In this document: positions 1 to 12,739 of the stretch, piece by piece
Numbering within the stretch: the first letter of the stretch is position 1
Layout of the letters: the number at the start of each line of letters is the position of its first letter
Assembly (NCBI RefSeq): GCF_009914755.1
Contig: NC_060940.1
Length of the DNA stretch: 64,000 nucleotides
Origin: the human T2T-CHM13v2.0 reference genome, Homo sapiens
Direction: 5' to 3' (one strand)
Translations under genes and position numbers: made by a program
Notes under the pieces: model-generated
The model's database searches: none
Seen by the model: the letters and a program-made list of their open reading frames with translations, nothing else
What the model was told of the DNA's origin: nothing

Positions 1-19
1 CTTTCCTCTACAATGGGTA

Positions 20-140
20 AAATATTCATGTCTGTTTGCAAGTGGGGGAGCTGAAGTTTAGTGAGGTAGGGGTAACATGCCCGGGCGCAGGTTGATAGTG
101 ACAGGGCCAGGACTCAGTCTCACGTTTGACTCCAGAATCT
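20..140 (-). mobile_element. MIR SINE fragment
   Basis: Degenerate match to antisense MIR core (ctgaagtttagtgaggtaggggtaacatgccc...gacagggccaggactcagtctc...tgactccaga). Confidence 0.55.
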
Positions 141-270
141 ATGGGACTCTTCTCTCACATATCAGAAAGTCTTGACAAAGGAACTTACAGAGCAAAGGTA
201 GACAGAAGGCTTCCTGGCAGAGCCCAGGTTCTGTTTGTTTAGAATTGGAAGCATCTCATAGAACATAGTA

Positions 271-335
271 TTGGGTTAGTGCCAAAGTTATTGTGGGTTT
301 TGCCATTACTTTTAATTATTTTTGCACCAACCTAA
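271..335. mobile_element. MADE1 (Hsmar1-derived MITE), internally deleted
   Basis: TIRs ttgggttagtgccaaag ... tttttgcaccaacctaa, flanked by TA on both sides (269-270, 336-337). Confidence 0.85.
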
Positions 336-518
336 TACGTGGCGAATGCATGGACGTTGGAGAAAGGTTTTGATTCAAGTTCTATTTGGTGATTTTCACA
401 GATTTGTAACTTCAGATGAGCCACTTTTCCTTCCCTATGGTGAAAATCTGTTGGACAGATTCAGATATATAATGCTGGTCTGGCGCACGTAGTACGTTAT
501 GTAAAAATAGCACATTGT

Positions 519-812
519 GGCTGAATATGGTGGGTGGCTCAAGTCTGTAATCCCAGCACTTTGGAAGGCTGAGGCAGGAGGATTGCTCGATCCCAGGAGT
601 TTGAAACCAGCCTGGACAACACAGCAAAACCGCGTCTCTCCGAAAAATTTTAAAAAATTAGCCAGCCATGGTGGTGTATGCCTGTAGTTCCAACTACTTG
701 GAGCCTGAGGTGGGAGGATTGCTTGAGCCCAAGAGGTCAAGGCTGCAGTGAGCTGTGATTGCACCAGTACTCTCCAGCCTGGGCAAAAGATAGAGACCCT
801 GTCTCAAAAAAA
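519..812 (+). mobile_element. AluJ
   Basis: Dimeric Alu with J-type diagnostics (gaggattgcttgagccc, ggtcaaggctgcagtgagc) and short A tail. Confidence 0.95.
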
Positions 813-874
813 GTGTGTGTATAGATATGAATATACACTGTATATATACATCCACATGCACATGCATGTACTCA

Positions 875-912
875 CGCACACACACACACACGCACACCCA
901 CCCACACACACA
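875..912. repeat. (CA)n microsatellite, imperfect
   Basis: cgcacacacacacacacgcacacccacccacacacaca. Confidence 0.9.
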
Positions 913-1654
913 TAGAAAGAGAGTGAAAACACATTTTTGGGTTGTAAGGAACAGAAGAAGGGATGAACCAGCCCAGGAAGCTCTCCTCTTTGGGAGAGAC
1001 CATTTACTACTGATCATTTCTAGACTTTGGGCTAAGCACATTGGTGCTTGAAAAGAGAGAAGCATCCCTGGGTTTTCAGCCAGGCGGCCACAGATGTGAA
1101 CAATAGAGAACTCAGCTCACGTGCCCAGTGGGAAGAAGACAATTGCTCCCCAAACACAGCTGCCTCTTTCTCAATTGGACCCAACTTGGCCAGATAATGG
1201 AAACACAGAAAACAAGGCATGGGGAAAACGAGCTGTTTATGTTTAAACATGGCAACGGAGCCTCAACACTGAGCCTTCTTGGATGGCTTCCGCGTGTCAT
1301 CGTGCAGCCCGTGTGGCTGCTGGGCCCAGCCTATGGATTTGCAAGGCTGTGCTGGAGCCCATCTGTCAGGGAGGGATAGATGATTAATAGCATCTGTTCT
1401 AGTCATCCACTCTCCTTGTGGATGGTATGTGGAGACATGCTGCTCCTCTCCATTCTCCTCTGGCAGCTCCTGGAAGTTGCAGCAGACATTGCTTTGAAAT
1501 AAAGATGAGGGGCACAGAGCTCCTCCTGCTGGATGTGGTTTGGGGTAATGAGCTCTCATTTGGGGGAACATAATTTTCTGGGTTATGAAGACTCAATGGG
1601 CTAAGTCTTTTGTCTATAATTAGGTTATTAGAGGGATCATTTAAAAAAAGAAGG

Positions 1655-1926
1655 CATCGCATGTTCTCAGTCATAAGTGGAAGTTGAATAATGAGAACAC
1701 ATGGACATGGTGATCGGGAGGGAACGTCGCACACCAGGGCCTGCTGGGGCATTGAGGGGCAGGGGGAGGGAGAGCATTAGGACAAATACCTAATTCAAGC
1801 AGGGCTTAAAACCTAGATGATGGGTTGATAGGTGTAGCAAACCACCATGGCACATGTATACCTGTGCGACAAACCTGCACGTTCTGGTATTCCAGAACTT
1901 AAAGTGAAATAAAAAAAAAAAATAAA
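1655..1926 (+). mobile_element. L1PA (about PA8-PA10) 3' end
   Basis: gcatgttctcagtcataagtggaagttgaataatgagaacacatgg...gggcttaaaacctagatgatgggttgatagg...cagaacttaaagt followed by polyA. Confidence 0.92.
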
Positions 1927-2069
1927 GGAAAACATCACACCTTTTTACCCACCCATTTGTGTATCCATTCATCTATACTTGCATCTATCACTTATTAAGG
2001 TAACTTTTATGAAACATTTATTGTGTAGCTGCCCATATATGTGTGTGTGTGATATTACATATCATTTAG

Positions 2070-2585
2070 GAAGTTAAGAGAGCAGACTCAATCTCACATC
2101 TCCCTCTCACTAGCTGTGTGACCTTGAGCAAGTCACTCAACCTCTCTGAGATTCAGTTTTTCCATGTGCAAAATGCAGATAGCAATGAGTTGTTGTGAGG
2201 ATTGAATGAGATTGTGCCTGGAAAGTGCTCAGAACATGCTGGGTGTGGTGGCTCATACCTGTAATCCCAGCACTTGGGGAGGCTGAAGCAGGAAGATCAC
2301 TGGAGGCCAGGAGTCTGAGGCCAGCCTGGCCAATGTGACAAAACCTCATCTCTACTAAAAATACAAAAAACTAGCCAGTTGTGGCAGCACATGCCTGCAA
2401 TTCCACCTACTTAGGAAGCTAAAGCACGAGAATCCCTTGAACCTGGGAGACAAAGGTTGCAGTGATCCGAGATTGTACCACTGTATTCCAGCCTGGGCAA
2501 CAGAGCAAGACTCCACCTCAAAAAAAAAAAGTGCTCAGAACAGTGCCTGGGCACATAGTACTATTCAATAAATGTTGGTGATTGA
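2070..2585 (+). mobile_element. MIR, split by AluS
   Basis: ctagctgtgtgaccttgagcaagtcactcaacctctctgag... resumes after the Alu as gtgctcagaacagtgcctgggcacatagtactattcaataaatg. Confidence 0.9.
2237..2530 (+). mobile_element. AluS (Sz-like)
   Basis: Full dimer with TSD aaagtgctcagaaca on both sides. Confidence 0.95.
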
Positions 2586-3224
2586 CTTTTATATTTGTAC
2601 ATTGATGAACCAACCTGAGGTAGCAAGTATGACTCTCTGTCCACAAACAGGTGTGAAGTAAATATCTCAGTTTTCCTTTTTCTTTTAGAAAATCAACTAA
2701 AACCGGTCTCCAATTCTGCATCTTCCCAGGCTGGTGGGAAGTTCTTGCTCAGTCATTATGGAGGGCAAGGTCAAACGGACAGAAGGGGAAGACCCAGAAG
2801 TTGAACCCAGGCCTCTGATGTTGGTTACTATGACAGCTTCTCTTGCTCTATCTTTCTAAAAGACCAGAGATACCAATTCTCTTGAGGCTGTTGAGTATCA
2901 CTAGAAAATAGGTAGTTCTGCAAAGAATATGTCCTCCTATGAGAAGGCAAGTTTCCAGTGTGAAATCCACCTGCATATTCACATTTTAGTTAAACTGAGT
3001 TTTGTGTTTTGGGTAGTAAGGGCTAGTAAGAGATAGTCAAAGAATTCTTAGGGGAAAATGAATGCACTTTCTATGGGTCCCTGTTTACAGTAGATAAATG
3101 GGCATGTAGGTAAATGTGCTTACGAGTGATTAGGAGTGAAGGATAGACTGCCTACGACTCGCCTGCCTCCCTCATGTTGCTTTGATTTGAAGTCAAGTTT
3201 GAAAGAAATTCACCGGACCAATCC

Positions 3225-3610
3225 ATATTAAACATTTATGAATGAGACACTAGATTAACTTCTATGGATACAGCAGAGAATGACACAGGCATATTCCCTG
3301 CTCTCATGGAATAAACATGTCGTGTTAGTAGAGCTTGTTATAGGGTCCTTCTATCAAGTCTGAAAAACACATTTCTCTGAATTCAGAAGGTGAGTAGCAG
3401 TTAGCTAGGGGAAGAGTGTTCCAGATGGAGGAAATTGCATGTGGAAAGGCTTGGTGGTGAAGCAAACACTGTGTTCTGGGGGAACGTGTAAAAGTCTTAT
3501 GAAGATGGATTATGGGTATGAGGGGTGCAAAGAGAGATGAAGTGAGGGAGGCAGGTCTTCAGGACCAAGATTGTTAAAGAGCTTTGCTTTTATTCCATGA
3601 GCCGAAATGT
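3225..3610 (-). mobile_element. L2 fragment
   Basis: aaacatttatg...tccctgctctcatgga...gggaagagtgttccagatggaggaaattgcatgtggaaaggc typical antisense L2 3' region. Confidence 0.7.
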
Positions 3611-3629
3611 GTTCTATGTCAGATGCTCA

Positions 3630-4105
3630 TGGTGGAGCACCGTGGGGCTCTGTGTGTGTACATATTTCAGCTGCTCAGCATCTGAACCCTTTTGTGTATT
3701 TAGGGATTCACTATTGTGTTGGTGTCGATGAATGTCAGGAATATTAAAAATACCAGATACTCATTCCTCTCCTCACCTCTGCTTTCCTCTCTTCTCTTCT
3801 GGGCAATTTGGTGCAGCCTGATGCTTCCTTCTGGGACACTGGCTCTGGTTCCAGCAGCCCACAGATGCAGGGAGAGTTTAGAAATTGTTCTGAAGGAGCA
3901 CCAGCCAGTCAGTGTCCTCTGAAGAGGGCAGTGCAGTCTGAATTAGACTGTTCTGTGGTGTCATCTGGGTTTAGCGGCTGGTCTTGTTCTTAAGCCTCTG
4001 TTGCAATTTGTTGAACAAACAAGTATTCGTCCCAAGAACTCCTTTTCTTTTGAAAGAAATTCCTGCCAGTTTCTATTGTTCTTAAACAAGAACCCTAATC
4101 AATAT
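3630..4105 (+). mobile_element. Old ERVL-type solo LTR (LTR16/LTR33-like)
   Basis: 3' end resembles the family terminus (gccagtttctattgttcttaaacaagaaccctaatcaata); 5' ctcagcatctgaaccctttt motif. Confidence 0.45.
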
Positions 4106-4995
4106 AGAAAGTAAATAGATTTAGGGCATATGTGCAAGCGGGTAGGGCAAGGTCTTCATGATGATCTTTTGAGTATTTCAAGTTAGAACCCGGTTCCTAA
4201 GCTCAGTGAGCCTTGTCCATGGTGCTGGATGGTTACGTGGTTAATCATTGCTTCCTCTGGGTGCTTGAGCCCGTCCCACAGGAATCTATTATGCGGCGTA
4301 GGCAAGTGAGAACCTCAGCTGAGGTCTCTGCTCTTCCTCCAGTGTTTCTCACTTCCCATTGTCTTTGGACAAATGGTACATGGAGTTTGTCGACATTTGT
4401 GTTTCCAGATGAAGGTGGTGGCATTGTGTGTAGAGTGGTGGCTGCTAAAATTCACTTTGAGTCAACCCGCTGTTCTAGCACGTTAAATTTGCTACTCAAT
4501 GCTCACTCTTCTCATTCTTATTTGTAGACCCAGCTCATGGGTAAGGATGGACAGATTCACGGAAGAAGAGCGATGGCTTAATTAATGGTAATGCGGAGGA
4601 TGTAGGTACCTCAGTGATTGGGGCTACATGTATGCAGAATTGGATGGAAGGCTAAGATGCAAAATGGGATAATTGAACTGTTAGCTGAACTGGAATTTAG
4701 CAGTTAATCACTTTTATGAAACCTGCATCTCAATTCATTACTCCATTTATGCCTTGTTGCAATACATAGCTGTTCAGCTAATTGGCAAAGAGAAACCAGG
4801 CAGAGTACCCTGGAAAGGGCAAGGCTATTGAAAGTACTGTGATCTTTTCTGCAAGGGCGCATCTTCATTTAATCCAACCAGGAGTTTTCTGTTCATCTGA
4901 ACCTCATGCTTCTCTTAAGGTGAGCACTAAATAATATGCTAAAGTCATGCTGTTACATCCGAAGTTGTATGACTGACCACCAATTCTCTCTCTCT

Positions 4996-5300
4996 TTTTT
5001 TTTTAAAAAACAATTTAAGTTCTGGGATACATGTACAGAATGTACAGGTTTGTTATATAGGTATACATGTGCCATGGTGGTTTGCTGCACCTATCAACCC
5101 ATCATCTAGGTTTTAAGCCCTGCCTGCATTAGGTATTTGTCCTGAGGCTCTCCCTCCCCTTGTCCCCCACCCCCCGACAGGTCCCGGTGTGTGGCGTTCC
5201 CCTCCCTGTGTCCATGTGTTCTCATTGTTCAACTCCCACTTATGAGTGAGAACATGCAGTGTCTGGTTTTCTGTTCCTGTGTTAGTTTGCTGAGAATGAT
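4996..5300 (-). mobile_element. L1PA8-like 3' end, 5'-truncated
   Basis: polyT, then taagttctgggatacatgt...ttagtttgctgagaatgat; TSD tgacca(c/t)caattctct at about 4974 and 5301. Confidence 0.95.
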
Positions 5301-5359
5301 TGACCATCAATTCTCTTTCATGAAGTCCTCTACCCAATTATTACCTGGTAATGAACTTT

Positions 5360-5570
5360 TTAGTATGGTGATTAAAATAATGGGCTTTGGCAACACAGCC
5401 ATCCAGATTTGAAATTGGACTCTACCACACGTTTTCTGGGTGACATTGCATAAGCTCCTTCTCTCCAAATTTCTGTCTCCTTTATAATTAACTTAAGGGA
5501 GTTGTAGTGAGGCTTATATTAAAGTATAGTTCATAGTGAGCAAAATGTTTAGTCTGGTGCCTAGTGTTTA
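5360..5570 (+). mobile_element. MIR
   Basis: tagtatggtgattaaaataatgggctttgg...ggtgacattgcataag...agggagttgtagtgagg. Confidence 0.65.
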
Positions 5571-6726
5571 GTCTGTGTTCTATTCATGCTTCCTGTCATT
5601 GCTCTCTTTCACCTAGGAAACATATATTGTTTTAAGAAAAGGAGGAACAAAGGAATATCTCCCTATGAGTGTGTTGAATCAGAGATAAAAAATGGAAATG
5701 GCTGTTAGAGTTGGGGCTCGATTGATTTAATGGACAGAAGTTTATCAACAAAGGCGTCAGAAGAGGGACATCATGAGACTGGCAGAGGAGAAGGAAAATA
5801 TGTGTGGGGGGTAAAGGTACAAAAACACATGAGCTGTGCTTGCAGGGGCATTGCTGCAGGACACCATGAAACCTTTCACGATTTGGGTGCAGTGTGGCTT
5901 AATGAAAATGGGAGCTCAGTCTGGCGGAGATTTGTTTGTTTTGCTTGATGGAGGAATAAGAAGGTCTCACCTGAAAAAAATCTTCACTTTGCGGCCAAGT
6001 CCATTGAACCCTAATGTCCTGTTTAATTTCAGATCTCTCTTTTCACGGATATGGATCCATGGGGGCTGAGGCAGGCACATATCTGAGTAAGGGACTCCAC
6101 TGTATACCTGGAATTGCTCTTCCTCTTTAAAGACTGAGACTCCCAGTGAGTCAAGCTATTAGGTTTCTGGTTCCCTTGCAGATAGACTTGGAGTACATGT
6201 CACATGGGAGTCTCTAGACTTCAGTAGACAGACCTGTTGGAGGCATGGATTTAGCAGTCATAAGTAGAAGTGGCTGTTAAAGTCAGCGGAGTGAAGGAGA
6301 AATAGTTGAGAGGGAAGAAAAAGTAGTCTGAGGTCTTAACCTTGGAGAATGCCAAACTTTAGGGGCCAGCAAAGGCACTAAAAACATCTTTACACTCCGG
6401 GTGAAGCTGCCTATGATAAGATGGTTTACTATTCATTCTCATCCTCAACAAATACTTGCTGAGAACCTCTATGTCCCAGGCATAGTTCTAAATGCTAGAC
6501 ATAGAGTAATGAACAAGACGTGCAAGTTCCTTGCCCTATAGAGCTTGTATTTGTGTGTGTGTGTGTGTGTGCTTGGTTGGGGGGCAGGGGTGCAGCAGCT
6601 ATAAAATTAGCAACTATAAAAAGACCAACTTGAGATGTTTTAAGTGCCATAAAAGAAAGAAGGTAAAATGATGAGTTTCTAGGGAGAATCTCTTAGATAA
6701 GATGGCCAGAAAAGACCACCCCATGA

Positions 6727-7377
<651 letters not shown>

Positions 7378-8189
7378 TAAAATTGACGTAATGCAAAGAA
7401 CGAGAAGGGGATATTTCAGGCATTTTTAACAACATGTGCAAAGGCCTTGAGGTGGATTAAGCTAAAGTGTCTGAGATATTAATATACGGGAGTGGGGGAG
7501 GGAGAGAGAGGGACTGACCTGGCTGAAGAAGAGTGAATGTGAGTGGTCTGAGATGAATCTGGAAGGAGTAGAATCTTGAAGACCATTGTAAGCAGTCTGA
7601 CTATTTTTCTTGGAGTATTGGGATACAGTAACACATCTCCCCCTTGTTGAAATGCGTAATATATATATGAGCCTGGGGTTGATATTAGAATGCTCTGCAC
7701 CTCCTAGGTCTCTGGGGCTGCGATACATTCACTTATGTAGGACAGCATTACAGTTGGGTTTCAGATTGCCGTTTCATGTCGGGCACTGGGGTAAATGACA
7801 CCAAAAGCTATTAATGTAAATTAATGATTGCTCCTGCTGGCTTTGTTACAGTTTGCTCCAATGAGAGATTAATAAATGCATCATGCCTTGCAAATTTGCA
7901 TCCATTAAAAGCCTTCCCATTGTGGGAGCACCATTAATCCCCTTTGTGGTGGGGTGGGAGTGGGTCTGAAGAACTTTTTTAAAAATTGCACAGCTGTGAA
8001 ACCTAGTATTTAATATAAACTGGTTAAAATGTGGTAATCGATGGAAAGACACCTGGAAAAAGAGGGTCACTCTACAATTTATCAGGTGGTGCTAGAGATA
8101 AGCATCATACAATTTGACAATCGGTCCGTCTAGGTTTCTAAGCCATGTATTACTTTCGGTGGAAGAGATGACCATTTGTTAATCCCTGG

Positions 8190-8375
8190 TTTGTGCCAGG
8201 ACATTTCATTAGTGTGATTACTTTAAATCCTTGTGAACCTGGGAGGAAGGAATTATCCCCATTGTACAGATCATGCAACTGAGTTTCATAATAGATAAGC
8301 AATTGGCCCAAAGTCTCAAAGCTGAGAACAGGAAAAGCTCAGGTTTTATCCAAGGTTGTCCGAGTCTAACAACAC
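8190..8375 (-). mobile_element. MIR
   Basis: tgtgccaggac...attatccccattgtacagatcatgcaactgag...gcccaaagtctcaaagct. Confidence 0.8.
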
Positions 8376-8589
8376 TATGTTGAAAGAGAGGTGTCTTCAT
8401 CCTTGGCAGCCACACATTGAATTCATGGAAGAGCTTGAGAGGTCCTTGAATTTTCCTCACCAGAACTGGCAGTCTGATATGTGAAATGTATTGCTACTTT
8501 CTCTTTAAAAGTGAGAACTGCACATTTTAAAGACTGGCTGCCATGAAACAGCTGTGGAAGTGCAGACCCCAAAGCTCCCAGGGTCTAGT

Positions 8590-8750
8590 GTGAGTCCTGG
8601 CTCTGCCTCTTGCTTGAATTGATACTTCAGGACAATTCTTTAACCTCTCTGAACCTTTGTTCATTCACTTACAGAATGGGGAGAATCAGAGTGTCCACCT
8701 TTTAGGGTTATAGTAAGGATTTACTGAGATAAAGCCTGGACAATGCTTTG
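8590..8750 (+). mobile_element. MIR
   Basis: gagtcctggctctgcc...taacctctctgaacct...aatggggag...agggttatagtaaggatt. Confidence 0.75.
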
Positions 8751-9010
8751 TTTTTGCTAAGGTCTTGCCCTCTAGGGCTTGTATTTGTGTGTGTGTTGGG
8801 GGTGGAGGTGGAGGTGGGGGGTGGGGGCGCCAGATCCTTGGCCAAGTCTCTCAACCTTAGATGCAAAGCTGTGGCACTTGGGAAGCCTTCGAAAAATAGT
8901 AATGTGCAGGTCTTACCCAAGAGATTCTGACTTCCTTGCCAATGCCCAGGTTTAACCCCAGAGCATTTGTAACCTCCCTTAGGTGAGAACCACTGCTTTT
9001 GATTGGCTGT

Positions 9011-10004
9011 TGTGATGGTCAATACTGAGTGTCAACTTGATTGGATTGAGGCATACAAAGTATTAGTCCTGGGTGTGTCTCTGTGGGTGTCGCCAAAAGA
9101 GATGAACATTTGAGTCAGTGGGCTGGGAACGCAGATCCACCCTGAATCTGGTGGGTACAGTTTAATCAGCTTCCAGTGCATATAAAGCAGGCAGAAAAAC
9201 CTGAAAAGGAGAGATGGGCCTAGCTTCCAAGCCCACATCTTTCTCCCATGCTGGATGCCTCCTGCCCTTGAACATCAGACTCCAAGTTCTTTAGTTCTGG
9301 GACTTGGACTGTCTCTCCTTGCTCCTCAGCTTACACACGGCCTATTGTGGTCTTGTGATCATGTAAGTTAATACTTAATAAAGTCCCCTTTACGTGTATG
9401 TGTGTGTATATATAATATATAATATATATACTGTATTATTTATATTATATGTTTTATATATTATATATAACATATAATTTAATGTATATTATATGTAAAT
9501 TATGTATTACATACAGATACCTATATGTATGTAAAATTGCCTAAGGTCTTCCCCTAAATCCGTCAGCCCAATATGAGCTTGAGTGCCTTACTTGATTTTG
9601 ACATATTATCCCAAGGTATTCTCTGATGGTCAAGTGGCTCATTCATTCAGTTATCACAGCGTAGGAGAATGCAGATGCATTATTAGCTTTTAAAAAGATG
9701 TAACTGGTGATTAAAAAAATTAAATTGAACTTTATAGGTTTTCTCACATAAAGTAACCCATTTCTTTTTTGTGTGAAAAGGTGAGCTCTTGGCTCAAGCT
9801 AAGGCCATCTCATCCTATATCTAAAAAGGATATCCCTGGAGGTGGGGAGAGGATGGCGCCCTCTTCGAGGGCTGACAGGATTGTAGGTTGGTATGCTCTC
9901 TTTGCAGAACAAGTTGGCAGACAGAATCTAACAGATTTGAACTAATAGGATATATATCTATATCCTATGAGTTCTGTCCCTGTAAGAGAACCCTGACTAA
10001 TACA
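9011..10004 (+). mobile_element. MLT2A1 (HERV-L) solo LTR, interrupted by a ~406-bp insertion
   Basis: Starts TGTGATGGTCAATACTGAGTGTCAACTTGATTGGATTGA, ends GAGAACCCTGACTAATACA; perfect 5-bp TSD GCTGT at 9006-9010 and 10005-10009. Confidence 0.95.
9536..9941 (+). repeat. Local duplicate (derived copy) of 11058-11467
   Basis: Colinear from attgcctaagg to acagat(t/c)tgaa, roughly 90% identical by manual alignment. Confidence 0.97.
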
Positions 10005-11057
10005 GCTGTGGAATTCAAAGGTCATGAGATGGATGTCTCTGCTTCACCAGACATGACCTAGTTGGGACAAATGAGTGACGCCACAATGCTCTGCAACTCC
10101 CACGTGGCACCAGCTCTCCTCTGTAGAGCCACTGACTGTTCCTTGTGTAGGTTTGTGTGTGTGTCTGTTTTCTAGGATTAGCCTCACACAAACACCTACA
10201 TTTCTCTTGGTTCCCTCAAGCTTTCCAAGGACGGACACTTGTTTATAAAATGACCCCACGGTTAATAAAGTAACTTCTTGATGCGTTTTAAATGGGACCC
10301 AAAGTTTGGAATGATTCAGCCTTTTCATCAGCTTCTCCCTCAGCAGGGAGCCGTTGAAGCTATCAAACGATATTGCAAATACATCACCGCCTACTGTAAT
10401 GAAGTGCATCCAAATAAATGCTTGGCTGGTATATCTGGAGCCCTGTCCTGAGCTGTGTATCTCTACTTTAGGGTTGCTTGGGGGTATTTGGTTTCCCGCG
10501 TTATGATGTGAATGGGTATTTAAAATATTTTTGTAGAATGCTGCACTTGAGTTCCAGGCATCAGGGAGCTCTCCAGCGTATGAGACACAGTTTATATTAT
10601 CTCCCAGGCACAGATAGATAAAGTCACTAATGAAGTTGGGGCATCCAGCCTGATGGTTGGTTTTGTTAGGATCTGGTGTAAAGTGCATGCGATAGAAGCG
10701 GTTGTGATTCTCTTCCCAGCTGAGATGAATTGGTCTCATAAGCAGACATGAAAAAAGGAGAAAAGAAGCAAGGGTGTTACTGGCTTCAGCAAGATCAGCA
10801 GGAACTGGAACTGTGTAAGTTGGAGAACTATATATTACAGCTCCAAGAAGGAGATATCACCAACCTATTAAGGATATTATTGGCTTTTTTGATAGGACAT
10901 CCAGAAATTGATGCACTGCCTTTGGTTCTGTTATGTTTTCAAACTTAATTAAGTTTATACCTCTCCCACCTGGACCTCATAAATAGTTAGCCTCCAAGTA
11001 AGTCATTTGTCATGGAGGGGCTCTTATGAGTAGATTCATCTTCCAAACAACATTATT

Positions 11058-11467
11058 ATTGCCTAAGGTTTTGCCTTAAATCCATCAGCCTAATAGGAGC
11101 TTGAGTGCCTTACTTGATTTTGACATATTGTCCCAAGGTGTTCTTCTCTGATGGTCAAGTGGCTCATTCATTAAGTTATCACAGGGTTGGAGAATGCAGT
11201 TGCATTATTAGCTTTTAAAATGATGCAACTGTTGATTAAAGAAAATTAAATTGAACTTTGTAGGTTCTTTCATATAAGTTAATCCATTTCTTTTTTGTGT
11301 GAAAAGGTGAGCTGTTGGCTCAAGCTGAGGCCATCTCATCCTATATCTAAAAAGGATATCTCAGGAGGTGAGGAGAGGGTGGTGCCTCCTTCATGGGCTG
11401 ACAGGATTGTAGGTTGGTATGCCCTCTTTGCAGAACAAGTTGGCAGACAGAACCTAACAGATCTGAA
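11058..11467 (+). repeat. Probable donor copy of the 9536-9941 duplicate
   Basis: Same alignment; this copy is not inside a recognisable younger element. Confidence 0.93.
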
Positions 11468-12060
11468 GATGTATGCTCCTAGTACATAGCAATTTCACCT
11501 TTAATTATGTGACTTGGACAAAATCTTTTACATATGCAGAAAGAGATGTTCATTGCAGAAATGTTTGTCATGCTGGACATTTGTAAATAACCTAGATGCC
11601 ACTTAATGGGGACATGAATGAAGCAAAGGTGGTGTATTTTGTGATAGACTACTGTGCATCAGTCAGAAGGAATACAAGTAGGTCTCTTTTTAATTTGATA
11701 CTGCATGTGGGTTCCCTGCATTAATATGGACAGGCTCAGAAACGACATTGAGTGATGAAACGAAGATGGAGACTGGTATCTACGTTGGATGTTACTTGTG
11801 TGAATTTTTACTCAATGTACCAAGCAACATGGAATGTAGAAATGTATCAAGAGGAAGATACACACAGAGTTTGGCAGCTGCCTGGGGAAGGGGAACAGGT
11901 TGGGGTAAATGGAACTGGGCACTGTGGGGTTATGGAGGATGTTTAGTAATATCCGTGATGTTCTGTTTGTTTAAGGTCTAGAAATCATTGTGACAAAATA
12001 TAATTTGTAGTTTTGGGTGGTTTGAATATTAGTATTTTCTCCATTATTTTTTGAGAATAG
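11468..12060 (+). mobile_element. Old L1M (L1ME-like) 3' region
   Basis: tagcaatttcacc...gatgttcattgcagaaatgtttgtc...aaataacctagatgccac...ggcagctgcctggggaaggg. Confidence 0.7.
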
Positions 12061-12739
12061 AAGAAAGACTTCCTGGGAATAGGAGGTAGAATATAGTCAG
12101 AGTCAAACCCAAAGCCTGCAGTGAAGGTAGCTGTTTCCTGTGCCTCCACTGAGAGATCCTGGCTTTGTCTATTCAGGTGGCCACTGAGGGATTTCTACTT
12201 AATCATGGGTCTTCTTTCTTGACTTCTGATTATTCACTAAGATATTTGGTCTGGTGTTTTACTACTGCCTCCCCTAGAGGCCATATGAATTGATTTCTCT
12301 CTATATATTGATTTGACCCTCAGTACTTAGTATTGAGGGTAATATGGGAAAAAAATGCCTAACTCTCATAGTGGAAATTGCCGAAATATAGAATAGATGT
12401 TTAAATAACAAATGAAAGTATTTTTTCCAGTAGAAATTCCATTTGGCTATCAATTAGTCAGCAAAACTGCTTCTAGTTCTGACAGAAGTCATAAATTGTT
12501 GACTTTCATCTGGGGCTGAGAATAACTACTGTTGAAAAAGGAGGAGTCCAGGATTTAATGAGCCTGGATTTACTTCAGTTTAAGCTTCGAATACTTCATC
12601 TTTGTAGAAAATTCAGAAATAAGATGGATATCAAAGTCATTGCATTTTGGGTTGGGTACGGATACCCATGCTGCGTTGGGATCTATTGCAAGAAGGATTA
12701 CTCACTCATATTGGCTAAGAATCAAATTAAGGAGTTAAT

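Noticed and set aside
435-764. Alu-derived ORFs here and at 6753, 7080, 23235, 24639, 44871, 52485 and 61346
   Set aside because: Typical translations of Alu sequence, not genes.
10044-10739. 231-aa minus-strand ORF, the longest outside simple repeats
   Set aside because: No recognisable domain or family resemblance and no supporting promoter or exon structure; one ORF of this size is plausible by chance. A BLASTP hit or positive PhyloCSF score would reopen it.
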